This document shows positions 48,070-61,697 of a DNA stretch of 64,000 bases, piece after piece (the stretch's first letter is position 1; each line of letters starts with the position of its first letter). Location of the stretch: the NCBI GenBank assembly GCA_001179505.1, contig CDMY01000246.1, forward strand, positions 62,001 through 126,000, given 5' to 3'. The stretch comes from Vitrella brassicaformis CCMP3155 (taxonomy: Eukaryota > Protista > Chromerida). The notes beneath the pieces are model-generated. The model worked only from the letters and a program-made list of their open reading frames with translations. It was not told where the DNA came from and ran no database searches. A program made the translations under genes and the position numbers.

Positions 48070-51000
48070 TCACCTCCTCCCATGGTAGCTACCATCACGA
48101 TACCCCCCATCCCTCTCCCACCCATCCCTCTGCCGATATCTCCGATCACGGTTACCGCGCAAATCGCGGTCAGGTGTGTGGCGGCGCCTGACGTCACGGT
48201 CTTGCACGGGCTGCCGACAGGGCGGCGGGGCATAAAGCTCAATCGGCTCCTCCTGAACAACCACAAGAGACAGACAGATGCATCCATAGAGGTGGATGGA
48301 TGGCAGGCCTGATCTGTGTGTGTGTGTGTGTGTGTGTGTCTGTAGGTGATGAGTGCGACTGACCAGTCGTCGCAGCCGCTCTTCCTGGTCATCGCCTCCC
48401 CAGCTCGGGTGCTCATCAGGCCCGCCATAGTGAGAGCGGGTCTCCCGGTCCCGCGGCGCCCCTGCTGGCACATCCCTCCGGCCCCGTTCGCCCAGCTCAG
48501 GGTCGACCATGTCTCTTCCCGCTCTGCTCACGTTGGTGCGGGCCTCGTAGGTGTCCTCTGGTGGCCCGGGCTGATAGTCCTGCTGTGGATGGCGAACTTC
48601 ATGCCGGCGTTCCGACGACCTGTGCGTATGTGCCGAGCGGGCCTCATTACTGCGGCGGGGAGGAGGGAGGAGGGGAGGGATTGGAGAGTAGGAGCTGGAG
48701 GGAGAGTCATCGCTGTCCTGGTTGGGGGGAGACTCGATGAGGCTGAGAGTGCGGTCGACCATGCCGAGCATGGCATTCAGCTTGTGGATTTGCTCAACAA
48801 CAGCCGAGTTCTGCGGGCCCGATCTCAGGTTGCGCAACTGGTCCAATAGGAGCTCCCTGTGATACGCTGTCTCCAGTGGCTGACTATCCTGACGCGAGTG
48901 ACGAGAGAAAGACGAGCCCGCACTGTCGCGCCTGCCGAGGACAGGTGGTGGGTCAGGACGGTGGATCGCAGGTGGGTCAAGCAGGGGGTTGGCGGGCCGC
49001 TCGCGATGGTCACTGCCACGGCTGGGGCGGGCATCACGATCGTCGTAGTAGTCACGGCTGCGCCGGTCTTGCTCGCGACGGTCCTCCACCCGACCACCTC
49101 CCATCCGATATTCGTCACCCGGCAGCTCACGGTTTCGATAACCAGCACGACGGCGATCCATCGGCTCGCGGGGCTGGTAGGGGGGGTCTCGGTCATAGCC
49201 CCTCTCCCTCACATCGTCCCGTCTGCTATTATCATGTCTGTCGTAGTCCCTCTCCCTCTCGTCTCGCCGCTCACGGTCCCGATCGCGATCGTGAGGCGAC
49301 TCCCGCTGTCTCCTGCCATAGGCGCGGGTATCCTCGACTGGCCCCTGCTCCCTCCTCGCCTGCGCTCGTGTGTCCTCAGGTGGCATGTCACTCCGAGAAA
49401 CGACGCTTCTCTCAGGCGACTCCCAGTCATGCCGTTGGCTGCCATGCGAGCGGAGGTAGAAGTGATCGTGGCGGTCGTTGAGACGCCTCCCGTCTGCAGG
49501 ACCTGGCTCACGGTCACGCTCGGGTGCACGTCGAGTGGCCGTCGGTCCGGTGGGTTGAGTCAGCTGGGCAGCAGCTCCCCGCTCCGCGACGACGGATACC
49601 GACTCCAGCTCATCGGTGTTGACGGCAGACGGCGGCCCCCCTTGTCCCTGAGCTGGCGGCGACGGCCCTTGGAAGGGCATCTCCGGCATCTCTCCCAAGT
49701 CTCGCACCTCGGGCATATCTCGCACCATCTGTGGCGCCGGCTCTCGCCCCACCGCGGCATTCGAGTAGACCTCCCACACATCGTCAAGAGACTCGTAGTT
49801 GGCCGTGCATGGAGCGGCGGGGCCAGCTGTGGGCTGGTCTGGCGACACACTGAGATAGCCGGCCGGAGGCGACGCCGCCATGTCGAAAGACGAAGGGGCC
49901 GGCCTGGCCTCGGCTTTCGCCTTCGGCTGTGGAGACGGTGAGGAGTCCAAGCCGCTTCCACCTGCCGCCGCAGACACACCTGCTGCACGACCCTGCTGGC
50001 CCAGGCTGTGCCGAACGATTCGCCGGGCAGCAGCCTGGTCAACGCGAATAATGAGGGGCGGGGTAGCCCGGCTGGCAGAGGGGACTGCCTTGGGTGCAGG
50101 AGAAGGGCCATTGTCTGGCGCATCCTCAGACAATACCCGTGGCGGCAGGGGAGGCCTGCTGTTGCCGGGCGGCCCACGGGGGATGGGGGGACTTGGGGTC
50201 TGCTGCTCAAGAGAGAGGCGCTGCACCCTGTCGGAGAGGCGGTCACGCTCGAAGGCTGAACAGTAGGACCCAAACAGAGGGGCGGGAGAGCGCTCGGGCA
50301 GCTCTGATGTTAATTACCCCACACCAAGGAAGGCAAGCAATCCAAACCATCACCTAGGTGTGCGGCCAGCGTACCTTCATCAGGCTCGAACGCAGACATC
50401 GCCTCATCGTCGCGGATGCACTCAGACGGCGGGGGGCGAAAAGCGTTCGGGTTGTGCCGGTAGAAGTTCCTGTAGCGCTGCTTGAGCACCTTGAGCGAGT
50501 CACCGAAGAACACCCATGGGAACGACCGGAAGGTGTGCGAGCGATCTCCCGCCGTCGGCTCCGACGTGTCGCTGGTGGAGCGGGGGATGTTGGCATCGAC
50601 TCTGTGGGGTCGTGGATGATACGCTGCGATGAATGCCGCCGATGCGCGGACCAGCATGCGCTCATTGGCCCGCTGCCGCTCCTCATCGCTGGCACCGATG
50701 TCGCCCCCGTCGTCGAAGAGTCGTCGCTTCGTTGCGTCCACCTCGGCCCGCAAGGCATACGAGAGCTGAGATTGAAGGCAGAGGAATGGTGTGGTGGACA
50801 TGCAGTGGATTGAGGTACGTATTTGTGGGAGTTTGTGGCCATCTGACCTTGCTGGAGAGATCACGGTCCTTCTTTTGTCTGCCGTGGACGTGTGTGATGC
50901 ACCCGGTGAGCAGCTGCGGACAGAGAGACAGGGCGTCAATATTGGTGTAGTGTACCTATTGTATCATGTGTTGTGTCGTGTTGTGTGGGGTAGGTACCTC

Positions 51001-54000
51001 GCTCTCTTCCGCGATGCCGTACTGCTGCATGAGGTGCACCACCTGACACAGACATGACACACAGACATTCACCAAGCAGAGATGATGATGGTCAGCAAGT
51101 GAGGCTCTCCATCCGTCCCGCATGCCTGCCTGCCTGCCTGCCTGGATGGATGGATGGATGCCCACCTTTTGCCTCCATCGGTTGCATTCCATGCGCATCT
51201 CATCCACATGGTCCATGGCGTCCTTGTGCAGCACGTCGGGGTCGACCACACCCGGCGGCATCGGCTCATTCTCCGGCCAACGCCACTCATCCGCGTCCGC
51301 ATCCGCATCATCCTCCTGATCGCCCTCATCACCCCCACCTCCCAAAGCATCGGTCTGTGGCCTGTCAGGGCTCTCCGTGGCGGGCGGCGGCTGCTCGACT
51401 GTCTCGAAGAAGACGTCTCGCGGCATCCGCATCTGCGCCCCATCCACATACACCATGGGGGTGTCGTCATCGTCATGCTCCTGCCGGCCACTCATCCGGG
51501 CACGAACTCGGTTCTTCATCCAGCTGACGATTGCTGCTGCAGACGGCTGGTCTCGCCGCAGCAGGTAAGTCGCTGGGCCAGCACAAGCGGCGGCTGCTGG
51601 TGGGTCAGGTATGGTTATGTCGGGTGTGGGGGTGGTGGCGTCGCGCTGCTCGGGAGGGGATGACATGGCCTCCGACGTGTTGTCGCTGACGTCAGCGTCA
51701 CCCATCCGCCCAGCAGAGTCGTCGGGGGTGCGTTGCGACAGGCTGTTGCTACTGGGAGCGCTCGAGACGTGGGAGGGTCGTTGGGTGCGCGTGGGCGGCC
51801 GCGGTGGAGGTCGGCGGCGTGTGAGGGGTGTGGGGCGCTTGACGTAGAAGTCGGTTACTTGGTAGAGCTCGCAGAAGAAGAGGGACGCCTGGAGGCTGGT
51901 GAATCGGACGTCGTATACGTGACGCTGGTCGCTGGCCTCTGGCTGGAACGGCGTGATGGCGGGACGCCTGATGGGCGCACACAATAGGGTGAGGTGACAG
52001 AGGGGCGGGCGCAGTGGTTGTGGGTGGATATGTCGCTTACCCTCCCAGGGATGACCGCTGGTCGGTTCTCCGTCGGTCGATGCCGCTGATGGGCGTGTGC
52101 TCCCGCGTGATGCCGTGCAGGTGCAGGTATCGCGTCAGTGTCCTCCGCAACTCGTCCTGAGATCGCAATACAGACCACAAGCGCACACGTCCCCTTCTAC
52201 TCGCCGCTGTAGCGTGTTGCCCACGCACCTTGTCGAGGGAGCAGTGTTCGACGGTGACGGCGAATGTTTTGTTGTAGAAGTGCTCCATCTGGGAGATGGC
52301 GTCGAAGAAGAAACTACGGCTGTCAGAATCTGCATAACCACACACCACACCGGGGAGGGGATCAGCACCCCTCTCTGTCATTGGCATGAATGTGTGCACA
52401 CCTGTGGATGTTCGCGGGGCGCCCCGTGCGTCTGTGGGCTCCTTGACGTCGAAGGCCTGCAGGGTCTTCTCGTCGGCTGTGGCGTCCGACCTGGCTTTGA
52501 GCTCGCTCCAGCACACGTCGAAGCACGCCGCTGCCTTGACCGTCTGCGCACACACATCCACACACACATCCATCCATCCACCCTCAGGGGTGCACTAATG
52601 GCGTCAAATTCGTTCATCCATATGTGTTTGTGTGTGTGTGTGTGTGTGTCTTGACCTGGAAAAGGATATCGAGGTAGGACTGGTTTGGCCCTGCCCGTCT
52701 GATGAGGAGGTCGACGAAGGCCAGATCCTTCGACCTGATCCACTTGACGATCAGCCGCAGCTGCTCGCACAGCCGGGCACGGTTGAAGCCATCCTCTGAC
52801 ATACATGACGCACACAAACCAACAAAGGGAAATCCATGGATAAAGGATAAAGGGCAGTGGGTGAGGTGCACCGCTAGGCCTACCGGGAGCCAGGGGTGTG
52901 ATGCGCCTGACGCGGCCGATGTCGGGGCCGCCGACCAAGTCCTTGTCGAAGTTCTTGCTGTTCTTCTCACGCATCAGGCACGTGCCGTAGCTCTTGATCA
53001 GCGAATCCTCCTCTGCACCACACACACACACACACACACGGCCACATACAAAGGGCAGCGGTTGACACGTGTGTCCGTCTGCGTGCGTGTTTGTGCCGAC
53101 CGCCCGACTGACCAAGTGAGACACGGACAGTGGCCTTTCTGCCAGTGCTCTTCCACTTGATTTGCAGCTTCCCTCCTGGGATCCGCCTGATGAGCTCCGC
53201 AGCCACCTCGGGGCTGCTCACGGGCACCTGCGCCGACCAGCACTCCGACACATGACCCGGCGACACCTCCCGGGGGTACCCCCAGCACCTCTGCAAGCGA
53301 CCAACCAGCCATGTGTCGGTGGGGTGTTTGTGCGGCTGCCCTGCCATCCAGCCAGCGACTGACCGTGACTTGGTGTGTGGGTATGATGTTGTCTCCGCGG
53401 TTGAGGGGCAGGTCGAGTTTGCGGCGGAATTCTTTCTCGAGAATCTCCTCCAGCACAATGGGCCCGTTGTCGACGGGGATGTGGGACACAAACAGGTGGT
53501 CGCGCTGACCTGATTGGCGAACACACAAGCATACACACACAGGGGGGCCAGAGGGTCGGGTGAGGTGGTGTGCTGTGCTTACGGTCGCATGCTTCTGCAT
53601 GTCGAAACTCGTCCTCCACAGCGATCTGCAAGGGCTCGCTCGCCACCGACGTGTCGCTGAGACCCCCCTCGCGAAGCCACACCTGAAGGAAAGGCATACA
53701 AAGCCGACTGCCACCTGTCTGTTTGTGTGTGTGTGTGTGTTGGTGCGATGGATCCGCAGCTACCTGCACTTGGAACTGGACGGTCTCCATCGTCAGAGGG
53801 ATGGACAGCTCCTCTCGCGCGTCGCTTCTGCGTGTGTTGTACACGAGCTCTTCGAACGGCGCGTTGCACTGGTAGAGGTTGCTGAACATGTGGCTGTTGC
53901 TGGGGTGCCGGGGGTGCTGGCCGTCGATGAGCCCCCTGATGAGGATGCGGTGCCCCACCGCCCTCTGGGCAAGCCCGAAAGGGATCCGCCAGCTCAGCAG

Positions 54001-57000
54001 CACACCTCTCGCCACCGGCCGCTGGGTCGCCGGGTCGCGGACCAGCCATGGCTCTGGCGCCACCTCTGGCCGCACCGGACGGTGGCCTGCAGTTCACACG
54101 ACAGACACACAGAAATGCTGGTTGGCTGCTTGGGTCGCTGGTTGGTGTCGTGTTTGTGTGCTGACTGACCGGCGTCACTGATGGCGTTGTCGACTGTGTC
54201 AGCGAGGTAGAGCATCTCGCGGTATATCTCGCCGCACACCGAGATGCTGGGGAAGACGCGGCCCCGCTCCCAGTGGATCGGCTCGGCCAAAAAGTCGGCG
54301 CGGTCCTTGGCCGTCCACTCGACCGGCAGCTTCACACACCGACCTGTTTTGGCGCTGTCGACGGCCTCTGCGTGCAGGGCGGCGAGGCGAAGGCAGGCGG
54401 GATCGTTGGCCTGGCGCGACAAGGACACAGAGAGACATGCACGAGGGTGCTGAGTGTGGGCGGACCCGCCTGCCCGCCCGCCTGGTCACCTTGAGCTCGG
54501 CGTATATCTGGGGTTGGTAGACCATGTTGAGCCAGGCCACAGCTATCTTACCCAGGTTGTCGCTGCAGAAGTAATTGATGAAATACTCCTACACACACAC
54601 AGTGTCACCAACACATCCATCCATCGATCCATCCACCCACCCATGCGCCCACTTGCCTTGAGCAGCCTCTGTCTCTCGGCGGGGTTCTCAAGTGGGTTGT
54701 CGTCCCGCCCCGCCGCCCTCCCCTTCGGCCGCGGCTTGTAGTACTCCGCACCAGGGGGATTGGGCGTCGGCGGAATCAGGCGTTGGTCCCATATCACGTG
54801 GTACTGGTCACCTGACAGACACAAAGAGAGACGGAGAGAGAGCGATGCATCGGTGTGTCGGTCGCGCACCATCGAGGTCTGATCCGCTGAGCTCGTTTGG
54901 GTGCGGCCGCGAGCCCTTGACGGGGAAGACTATGACGTTGACGCAGTGTCGCAGCTCAGGTCTGTCGACCGCCTCGAAGACGCGTGTGTCGCCGGGGTCG
55001 AAGCAGGGGTTCTTGGACACATTCACCCTCCCTGATGACAGACAGACAGACACAGTGGACCATTACACAGACAGGTGCATCTGTGGGGTGTTGATTGTCC
55101 TCTCCCCCCCCTCCCCGCCCTCCACACACACACACCCCGACCGACCTGTGATGGTGTGTTCGTGTCCGTCTGGGTCCTTGACCCTCACGTGCACCTGCCC
55201 CTCCTCCAGTACTCGAGCCTCGCTCTCGTCAGACACACCATGCAGCACCGCACCTTGCTGTCTCACACAGACAGACAGCCAGACATCACCAAGCCCACGT
55301 AGCTGGCTGGATGGCTGTGGGTGCATGGGGCTGGCTGGCTGGGTGGCTGTGTGTGTGTGTATGTTGGCGCCTTACCTCTACGTATAGGTGTGTCTTTGCG
55401 AGGATGTCCTTGACGGTGAACCGGCGGATCTCGCTGAGGCACGCGCGCAGGAAGGGCTCGTCGCTCACGTTGAACCCCTGACGCAGAAAGTCCCCCAGCA
55501 GCGCCAAGAAGAAGTGATCGCGGCCGAGGTGAGCCAGCATACGCAGCGCCGCACCTGACACATGACACATGACACATGACACAGGGGAGGGAAGAGAATG
55601 CCAGCCATTGTGTGGCTGGGTCGGTGGGTGTGGGGTGCGCTGTCTACCGTTGTCGTCAAGCGCCTGTCGGATGTCTGTGAGCATCTCGTCTTTGAGTTGG
55701 TGGAAGACCTCTGGCTTGACGGCTCGGGTGAGGAGCAGCGTGATAACCTCCCTGTTGAGATGGAGGGGGATGAACCGCGCGTGGTCACAAGTCTCCAATT
55801 GCTGATGGGCGGAACGGTGGGACAGCACGAAAGCGAGCGTCTCCATGTGTGTGTGAGGGCGTGTGTGGTTGTGCCTACGTCATGGTGGGCTTTGAACTTC
55901 AGCTGAGACTGCCGGACCGCCATGCGGACACTGAACCACCGGGAAACAGCCCACTCAATGAAGGGACGGTGCCCCCTCACACACACACAGAGGTGTGGCT
56001 TACGGCTCTGGGTGTTTCTGCCTGAAGGAGGGGTCGAGTACGATCATGCCCTTGACACCGTTGAACCGAATCTGACGAACACAGAACACCACACCAGGCC
56101 AAGGGGACACTTATGACGTGACGGACGATGTGCGGCAGGTAGGTACACACCTGGAAGGCGCAGGGCACATAGTCGATCTTGAGCTCCGTCGCCACCTCCT
56201 TGGCAACACTCCTGTCGCAATACCCACACCCATCTGACACAGCCAAAGCCAAGAAGTCAGGAGGGGTCATCCATCCACTCATCCACCCCGCAACGGACCG
56301 GTAAATTCGTAGTCTCCTCTGTCTGGGTCGTCTGGGTCGATGGGCGCGGTGATGTCCTTCTCGACTACCCACTCCTCTGGCGCGATCCTGATGGCCTGGC
56401 GGGTGGCGCTGAAGCACTGACCCTGACGCGCCGCATACTTGCCTGCAGGTGGGGGTGGGTGACGCACACACACACACAGATGGGTGGGCCAGTCGTATGT
56501 GTGTGTATGTTTACGGCCAGACCAGGCATGTCGATGCTCGTGAAGTCGCCCATGAAGGACTCGATGTAGACGAACTCCAGCTGCTCATCTGAATCAACCA
56601 CACACACACACACACGACCACATCCACCCAGCTGCTCGTGTGAGTGCTGGCTACCCCACCCCCCCATCCCACCATGCTCCTACCTGGCCTGAACATCCAG
56701 CAACCGCAGTTGCGCAACTGCGATGACGAGTAGGCCAGCAACTCATACGGCGGCAGACAGGCCAGGCTGATCCCTGAAGGAGCGAGAGAGGGAGGGAGGG
56801 AGGGAGGGACAACACCAGCACCTCGGACGCCCAACGTACCCCGTGTGGACATATTTCGAGAGTCTCTACCTACCGTCATCGAGTACCTTCTTCATCCGGT
56901 GCGTGACGACTTCGTCCAGCGACGCCTCGTAGAAGAGACGGTCACAGTCCTCCTCTGCAACGAGTGACGGGCAGCAACACAGGAGAGGGCCGTGAATGTG

Positions 57001-60000
57001 CGGCATCAGTTGTGTCTTTCCTGTTCGCCTCTGCTGACCGACGAACGCGACGCGAAGAAAGTTGTCGGTCTTGTCGCGGAACCGACGCAGCACACTGACG
57101 AGAAGACACACACATAGACACAGACAGGGAGTGTCTGTGTCTGTGTGTGGATGTGGCTATGTGTTGTGTTGTGTCGTGTTGCATACCGGTTGGACTGCTC
57201 GACGAAGGGCCCCCTGACGTACATCTTGAGTGGCGTGACGTCGACGTGCAGGATGCGCATGCAGTGCTCGGGGTAGTCCATGAGGGTGTGGACCAGGCCC
57301 AGTTGCCGCTGACCACGGGCCGCGATCCTCTCAAACTCTGAGAACCCGAAACACCACACACAGACAAAGACAAGAGAGAGAGAGATGCAATACGCGCGTT
57401 GGTCTGTTTGTGGTGGCAGCCAGCAGACCTACTACCTTGTTTCGGGTTCATGATGGGCTGGCCGATCTTCTCCATCGCCTGGTACAACACACAGACACAC
57501 TCCATCCTCCCCTCCCTCCCATTTGTGCGTTGGGCGGTGGTGTGCCGACCGTCAGACAGTAGATTTTGACCATGGGGTCGAGCTGGGCGGCCAGCAGGCA
57601 GTCGTTCACGAACGATGGGTCAAGCTGACCACACAATGAATGGCCACAGAAGGGATCGCATCCATCCATCCATCCATTCCCCTCTCTCTTGAACACCGAC
57701 CCACCGCATTGGAGCCCTGCAGCAGCCCTGCATGTATGACGCGCACAAACACAACAAACACCAGACAATGATTGGTACAGGAGTCGGTGCGTGACGAATT
57801 GGTGCTCACCCACCGTTTGTGACCAGCACTTGGTATGAGGCGAAGAGCAGGAAGCCGTGCTCCCCACTCGTCAGCAGCTCCATCGACACACTACAAATCA
57901 TCAACACACCACACCACAAACCCAACACACGTGTGTGTGGAGACGTGGCCGCCGAGCCGTTTACTTGTCGTCCAGGCCACCGACCGGTCAATGCCCGTGA
58001 AGATGTCGTTGACGGATGGGATCTGCAGAGGGGGTGCGTCGGGCGGGAGGTCCTCCTGCTCGGCCCGCGGCAGAAAGGTGGGCCTGTCCTGGTGCAAGTG
58101 GACGTAGCGGATGTCCTCGTACGGACACGACGCAATCCCACCAGACCTGCAGGTGGGGTGGTGAATGAGGGAACCGTGCGTGTCGTGTCGTGTCGTGCTG
58201 TGTTGGGTGCGGTCGGTGTGGTGTGGTGTGGTCGGTGCGGTGTATATGGCCGAGCGCAACTACCCGTTGTCGCTAGTGGGCAGCAGCCCTGCCTTCATGA
58301 GCGACGGTGCGATGTTCTGCTCGAAATGGGCCTGCAGCCATCCATCAAACACACACCGCACCAAGCATGTATGGATGCGTCTGTGTGTGTGTGGGGGGGT
58401 GTCAGGCGGGGTCTTCGTCTTACGTGTCGCTTGGGACAGACCACCGTGATGCACCACGAGGCCTCCAGGGCCTGACAAACACACACATTGCTGTGTGAGT
58501 CAAGGACCACAGGACTTTCTGTCTCCTTTTGCCCTGCCCACCGTGACGTCCTTGGTGCAGGGGTGGACCGTGACGCCGTCGCCCCACTTGCCACCTTTGC
58601 CCTTGCCCTTGCCCTTGCCGGCCGCTGGGTGGGCGTCGTCGCCCCAATCGCTCCCCCACACGCCGTCGTCGGGTCGGCCGCTCGGCCGTGAGGACGACGA
58701 AGAAGACGCCCCCATGTTGCCTCGGGGCTTCTTCGGGCCGCGTGTCTGGTCGAACCCACCCTACACACACGAACAGAGAGACAGTACGGGGCGTGTGTGG
58801 GAGTGTGGGAGGGTCTGTATGTGTGTTGTACCGGTGGCTGGTAGCCGTCGTGTCCTGTGGTGGTGGTGGTGGATATGATCCAGGGGTCGGTCATGCGGCT
58901 GAAGTCGACCCGGTTGTTGGGGCTCTCATCGGGGCGGTCCGACTCGTCCGGGCTGAGGTGGCGGAAGCCGTCGCCGACGTCACGATAGGACAACTGCACC
59001 GATCGCACCAATGGATAGAGGGACGGACACACGCACACAAGAGGTGTGTGGTGTGGCGTGGTGCGTGTGTGCGGGGTGGTACCTACCCTGGGTGCTCTCG
59101 AGAAGAGGATGACCAGGTGGATGTCGTCATCTTGGTCGGGGGCACTGGCAGGGACCAGGAGCACACGCAGCTGGACATGCTTGAAGGGCCACTCGAGCCG
59201 GTAGCACCGGTAGTCCTTGCTGACCACACATACACAGGGAAGGAAGAGGATCACAGCACCATCCATCCATCCACTCATCCGGCGAGGATGTGTGTGTGCT
59301 GTGTCTGTGTGTCTCTGTGTCTGTGTGTCTGTGTGTCATGCTCACGTGAATGTTATCCGCAGCATCCTCTGGGTGAGGAGGAAGAGGCAGCCGACCACGC
59401 CACGCGTCAAGGCGTCACAGTCCTCCTCATAGTCGTGCTGCACTAAGAGCGAATTCTGCACGCACACACACACACACACACACATGGACGGCCAGCTGGA
59501 CGGACGGATGAATGGATGGTTGGACAGCTGGACGGTGGTGTGCTTACGGCTTTCCGCAATTGTTTCAGCTCCTTGTACGTCTCTATAAGTTTTTCCTTGA
59601 CCTGCGCACACACACCACACACCAGCCCACCAACTGCCCCCCTGCTACGACACACGCCCGCAGGTACTCAGTTGTCACTCAGTCACTGACCATGTTGCCG
59701 AAGTACAGCCGCGTGCCGAAGAGCGCCGTGGTCCGGTGGGAAGGCTTGGATGCGTCCAGGTCGACCGACAGCATGGCCTGCAGCGGGCCCTCACGCTGGT
59801 GGGTCTCCTGGCAGGCGTGCTCTGCCCTGTCACGGCTGTAATACCGGATGACCGCCACGCCATCGCCCGACATCCAGATCCTGGCAGGCACCAAAAAAGC
59901 GTTCCAACTTCCCCTCCCTCTCTGCTCTGCGTGTGTGCGTGTGTGCGTGTGTGCGTGTGCGTCATCCAAGAGAGTACTCACTCATCGACGAGTCCATGGT

Positions 60001-60373
60001 TCTCATAGGTCTGCCGCAACTCCCATGCCGTCGTCCGTGGGTTCAGCCCTTTGACCACCAACGTGCCGGAAGACTGCTCGAGGCCCTGCACACGTCAACA
60101 GGCAGCCAAGGGGCAGACAGAATATGGATGGAAATTGCCCTTCTCTCAGATCACAAATCAGTGTCGGTGTGCTCACCCACCTCATGCTCCTTGCGCCAGC
60201 TCGTCTGACAGGCTCTGCATGGGCCGCCCTTGACCAGAAACACAGATCCTGCATGACACAGAGACGTCATGGTCCATGGCGCGCACACACACACACAGAC
60301 GGGCATGAGGAGCATCCCATCCCGTAGGTGAGATCTCACCGTCGATGTCGGCGTACTCATGGTCCGCTGCCAT
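48070..60373 (-). CDS. Eukaryotic cellular RNA-dependent RNA polymerase (RDR/QDE-1 family) with N-terminal RRM, large internal insertion and long C-terminal low-complexity tail
   Basis: VTPLKMYVRGPFVEQSNR|VLRRFRDKTDNFLRVAF, GKYAARQGQCFSAT, DGCG...AFQ|IRFNGVKG, LHLNREVITLL, SKNPCFDPGD, LRHCVNVIVFPVKGSRPHPNELSGSDLD|GD (catalytic DxDGD split by an intron), LAALHAEAVDSAKTG, LMQQYGIAEESEV|LLTGCI, RASAAFIAAYHP and RSFPW. The 3' end (48070) and first exon (ATG 60373) are less certain. Confidence 0.93.
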
Positions 60374-60906
60374 GATTCAATCAACCACAGAAGAGAACCA
60401 ACATCTACTCATCAGTTCGACTACGGGGCAGCACGATGCAGTGACGGCTAGCTGAGGAGGCCCGTGTGCTGGCGTGCTTCTCTTCGGCTCACGAGAAAAA
60501 CCCAAAAGCAGACGCGATCGCAGTTCAGTCGAGCTCGCAAATGCGATCTCAAAACCTCCAGGCTTTTTTTCGCGCCAGAGCTTCCAACGACGCACGAGAT
60601 GATGATGCACAACAGCGAGAACACAGGTTCGTGGCGTGACGAGACGTGGTGACCCGCTGTCTGGCAAGATGGTCAAGTAGCCGCTCCCAAGCAGTGGGGG
60701 TGGCGGACAGCCGCAGCAGGGCGTGGAGATTTGTTCCCACGTCGCCGTCGAGAAGACAACGGCGTCAAGACACGTCATTCGGCGTTTCCGACTGCCAGCG
60801 GATCTGTGAGTGGTGGTGGTAACTGAGAGAGGCCACGTTGCCGTCCGTGTGCAGCACCCAGCGTCCCTCCCTCCCTCCCCTCCCTCCCCCCTGTGCGATA
60901 TCCCGC

Positions 60907-61666
60907 ATGTCGATGGGCCTGAGCTTCTCGTCAGGGGAGGCCACAGGCGCCCACCTCGAGCAGCCAGCCGTCGGCCGAGTGACAGACGACATCCTCCCCT
61001 CCCCGCCTAACCACCTGACCAAGAACCACTCGACCCGCCCCCCGCTGTCCAACCATCGCAAGCACCAGCACCTGCCCACCACACACGCGACCACCAACAA
61101 CAACCACCGGCTGCTGCACACGTCGTCACGGTCACGCTCGAGGGCCATCCAGAACCGCCCTCTACCCCCGTCGCGGCCTCTGCGTGCTCTGTCTGGCGAG
61201 ATGTGCAACGGCGTGGGCGGTTCGTCGTGCTCGTCGGTGGGCGACGGGGTGTGTGAGGATGAGGAGCCGATATATTTCCTGTGGGACCTGGACGAGACTT
61301 TGATAACCTTCCAGTGTTTGCTGGCGGAGCAGCCGACGCTGAGGGAAAAATACGGCATCGAGACCAACGCGGGCGCCATTAGGGGCAAAATTAACGCGGT
61401 GAGGACCACTCAAGCAACATGTGCACGGCACGGCACACGGAAAGGCACTGAATGGCCCCTCTCCTCTCTCTCTGTCTGTCTGTCTGTCTGTGTGGTGTCA
61501 GTATACGTTGAGTGAGTGTATTTTGAGCATAGCGGAACGTTACATGGGTCTGAGTGAGATCGAGCGGCTCGACCTCGTCCCGACAACCTGCCTGGAGTTC
61601 AGGGTGCGTTTGCACGCAACACACAGCCGGCCAATCGACACACACACAGCATAACATGAAATCGCG

Positions 61667-61697
<31 letters not shown>

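Noticed and set aside
48070-50226. 718-aa ORF as an independent SR/RD-rich gene
   Set aside because: It begins at a splice acceptor in phase with the preceding RdRP exon and has no clear own ATG.
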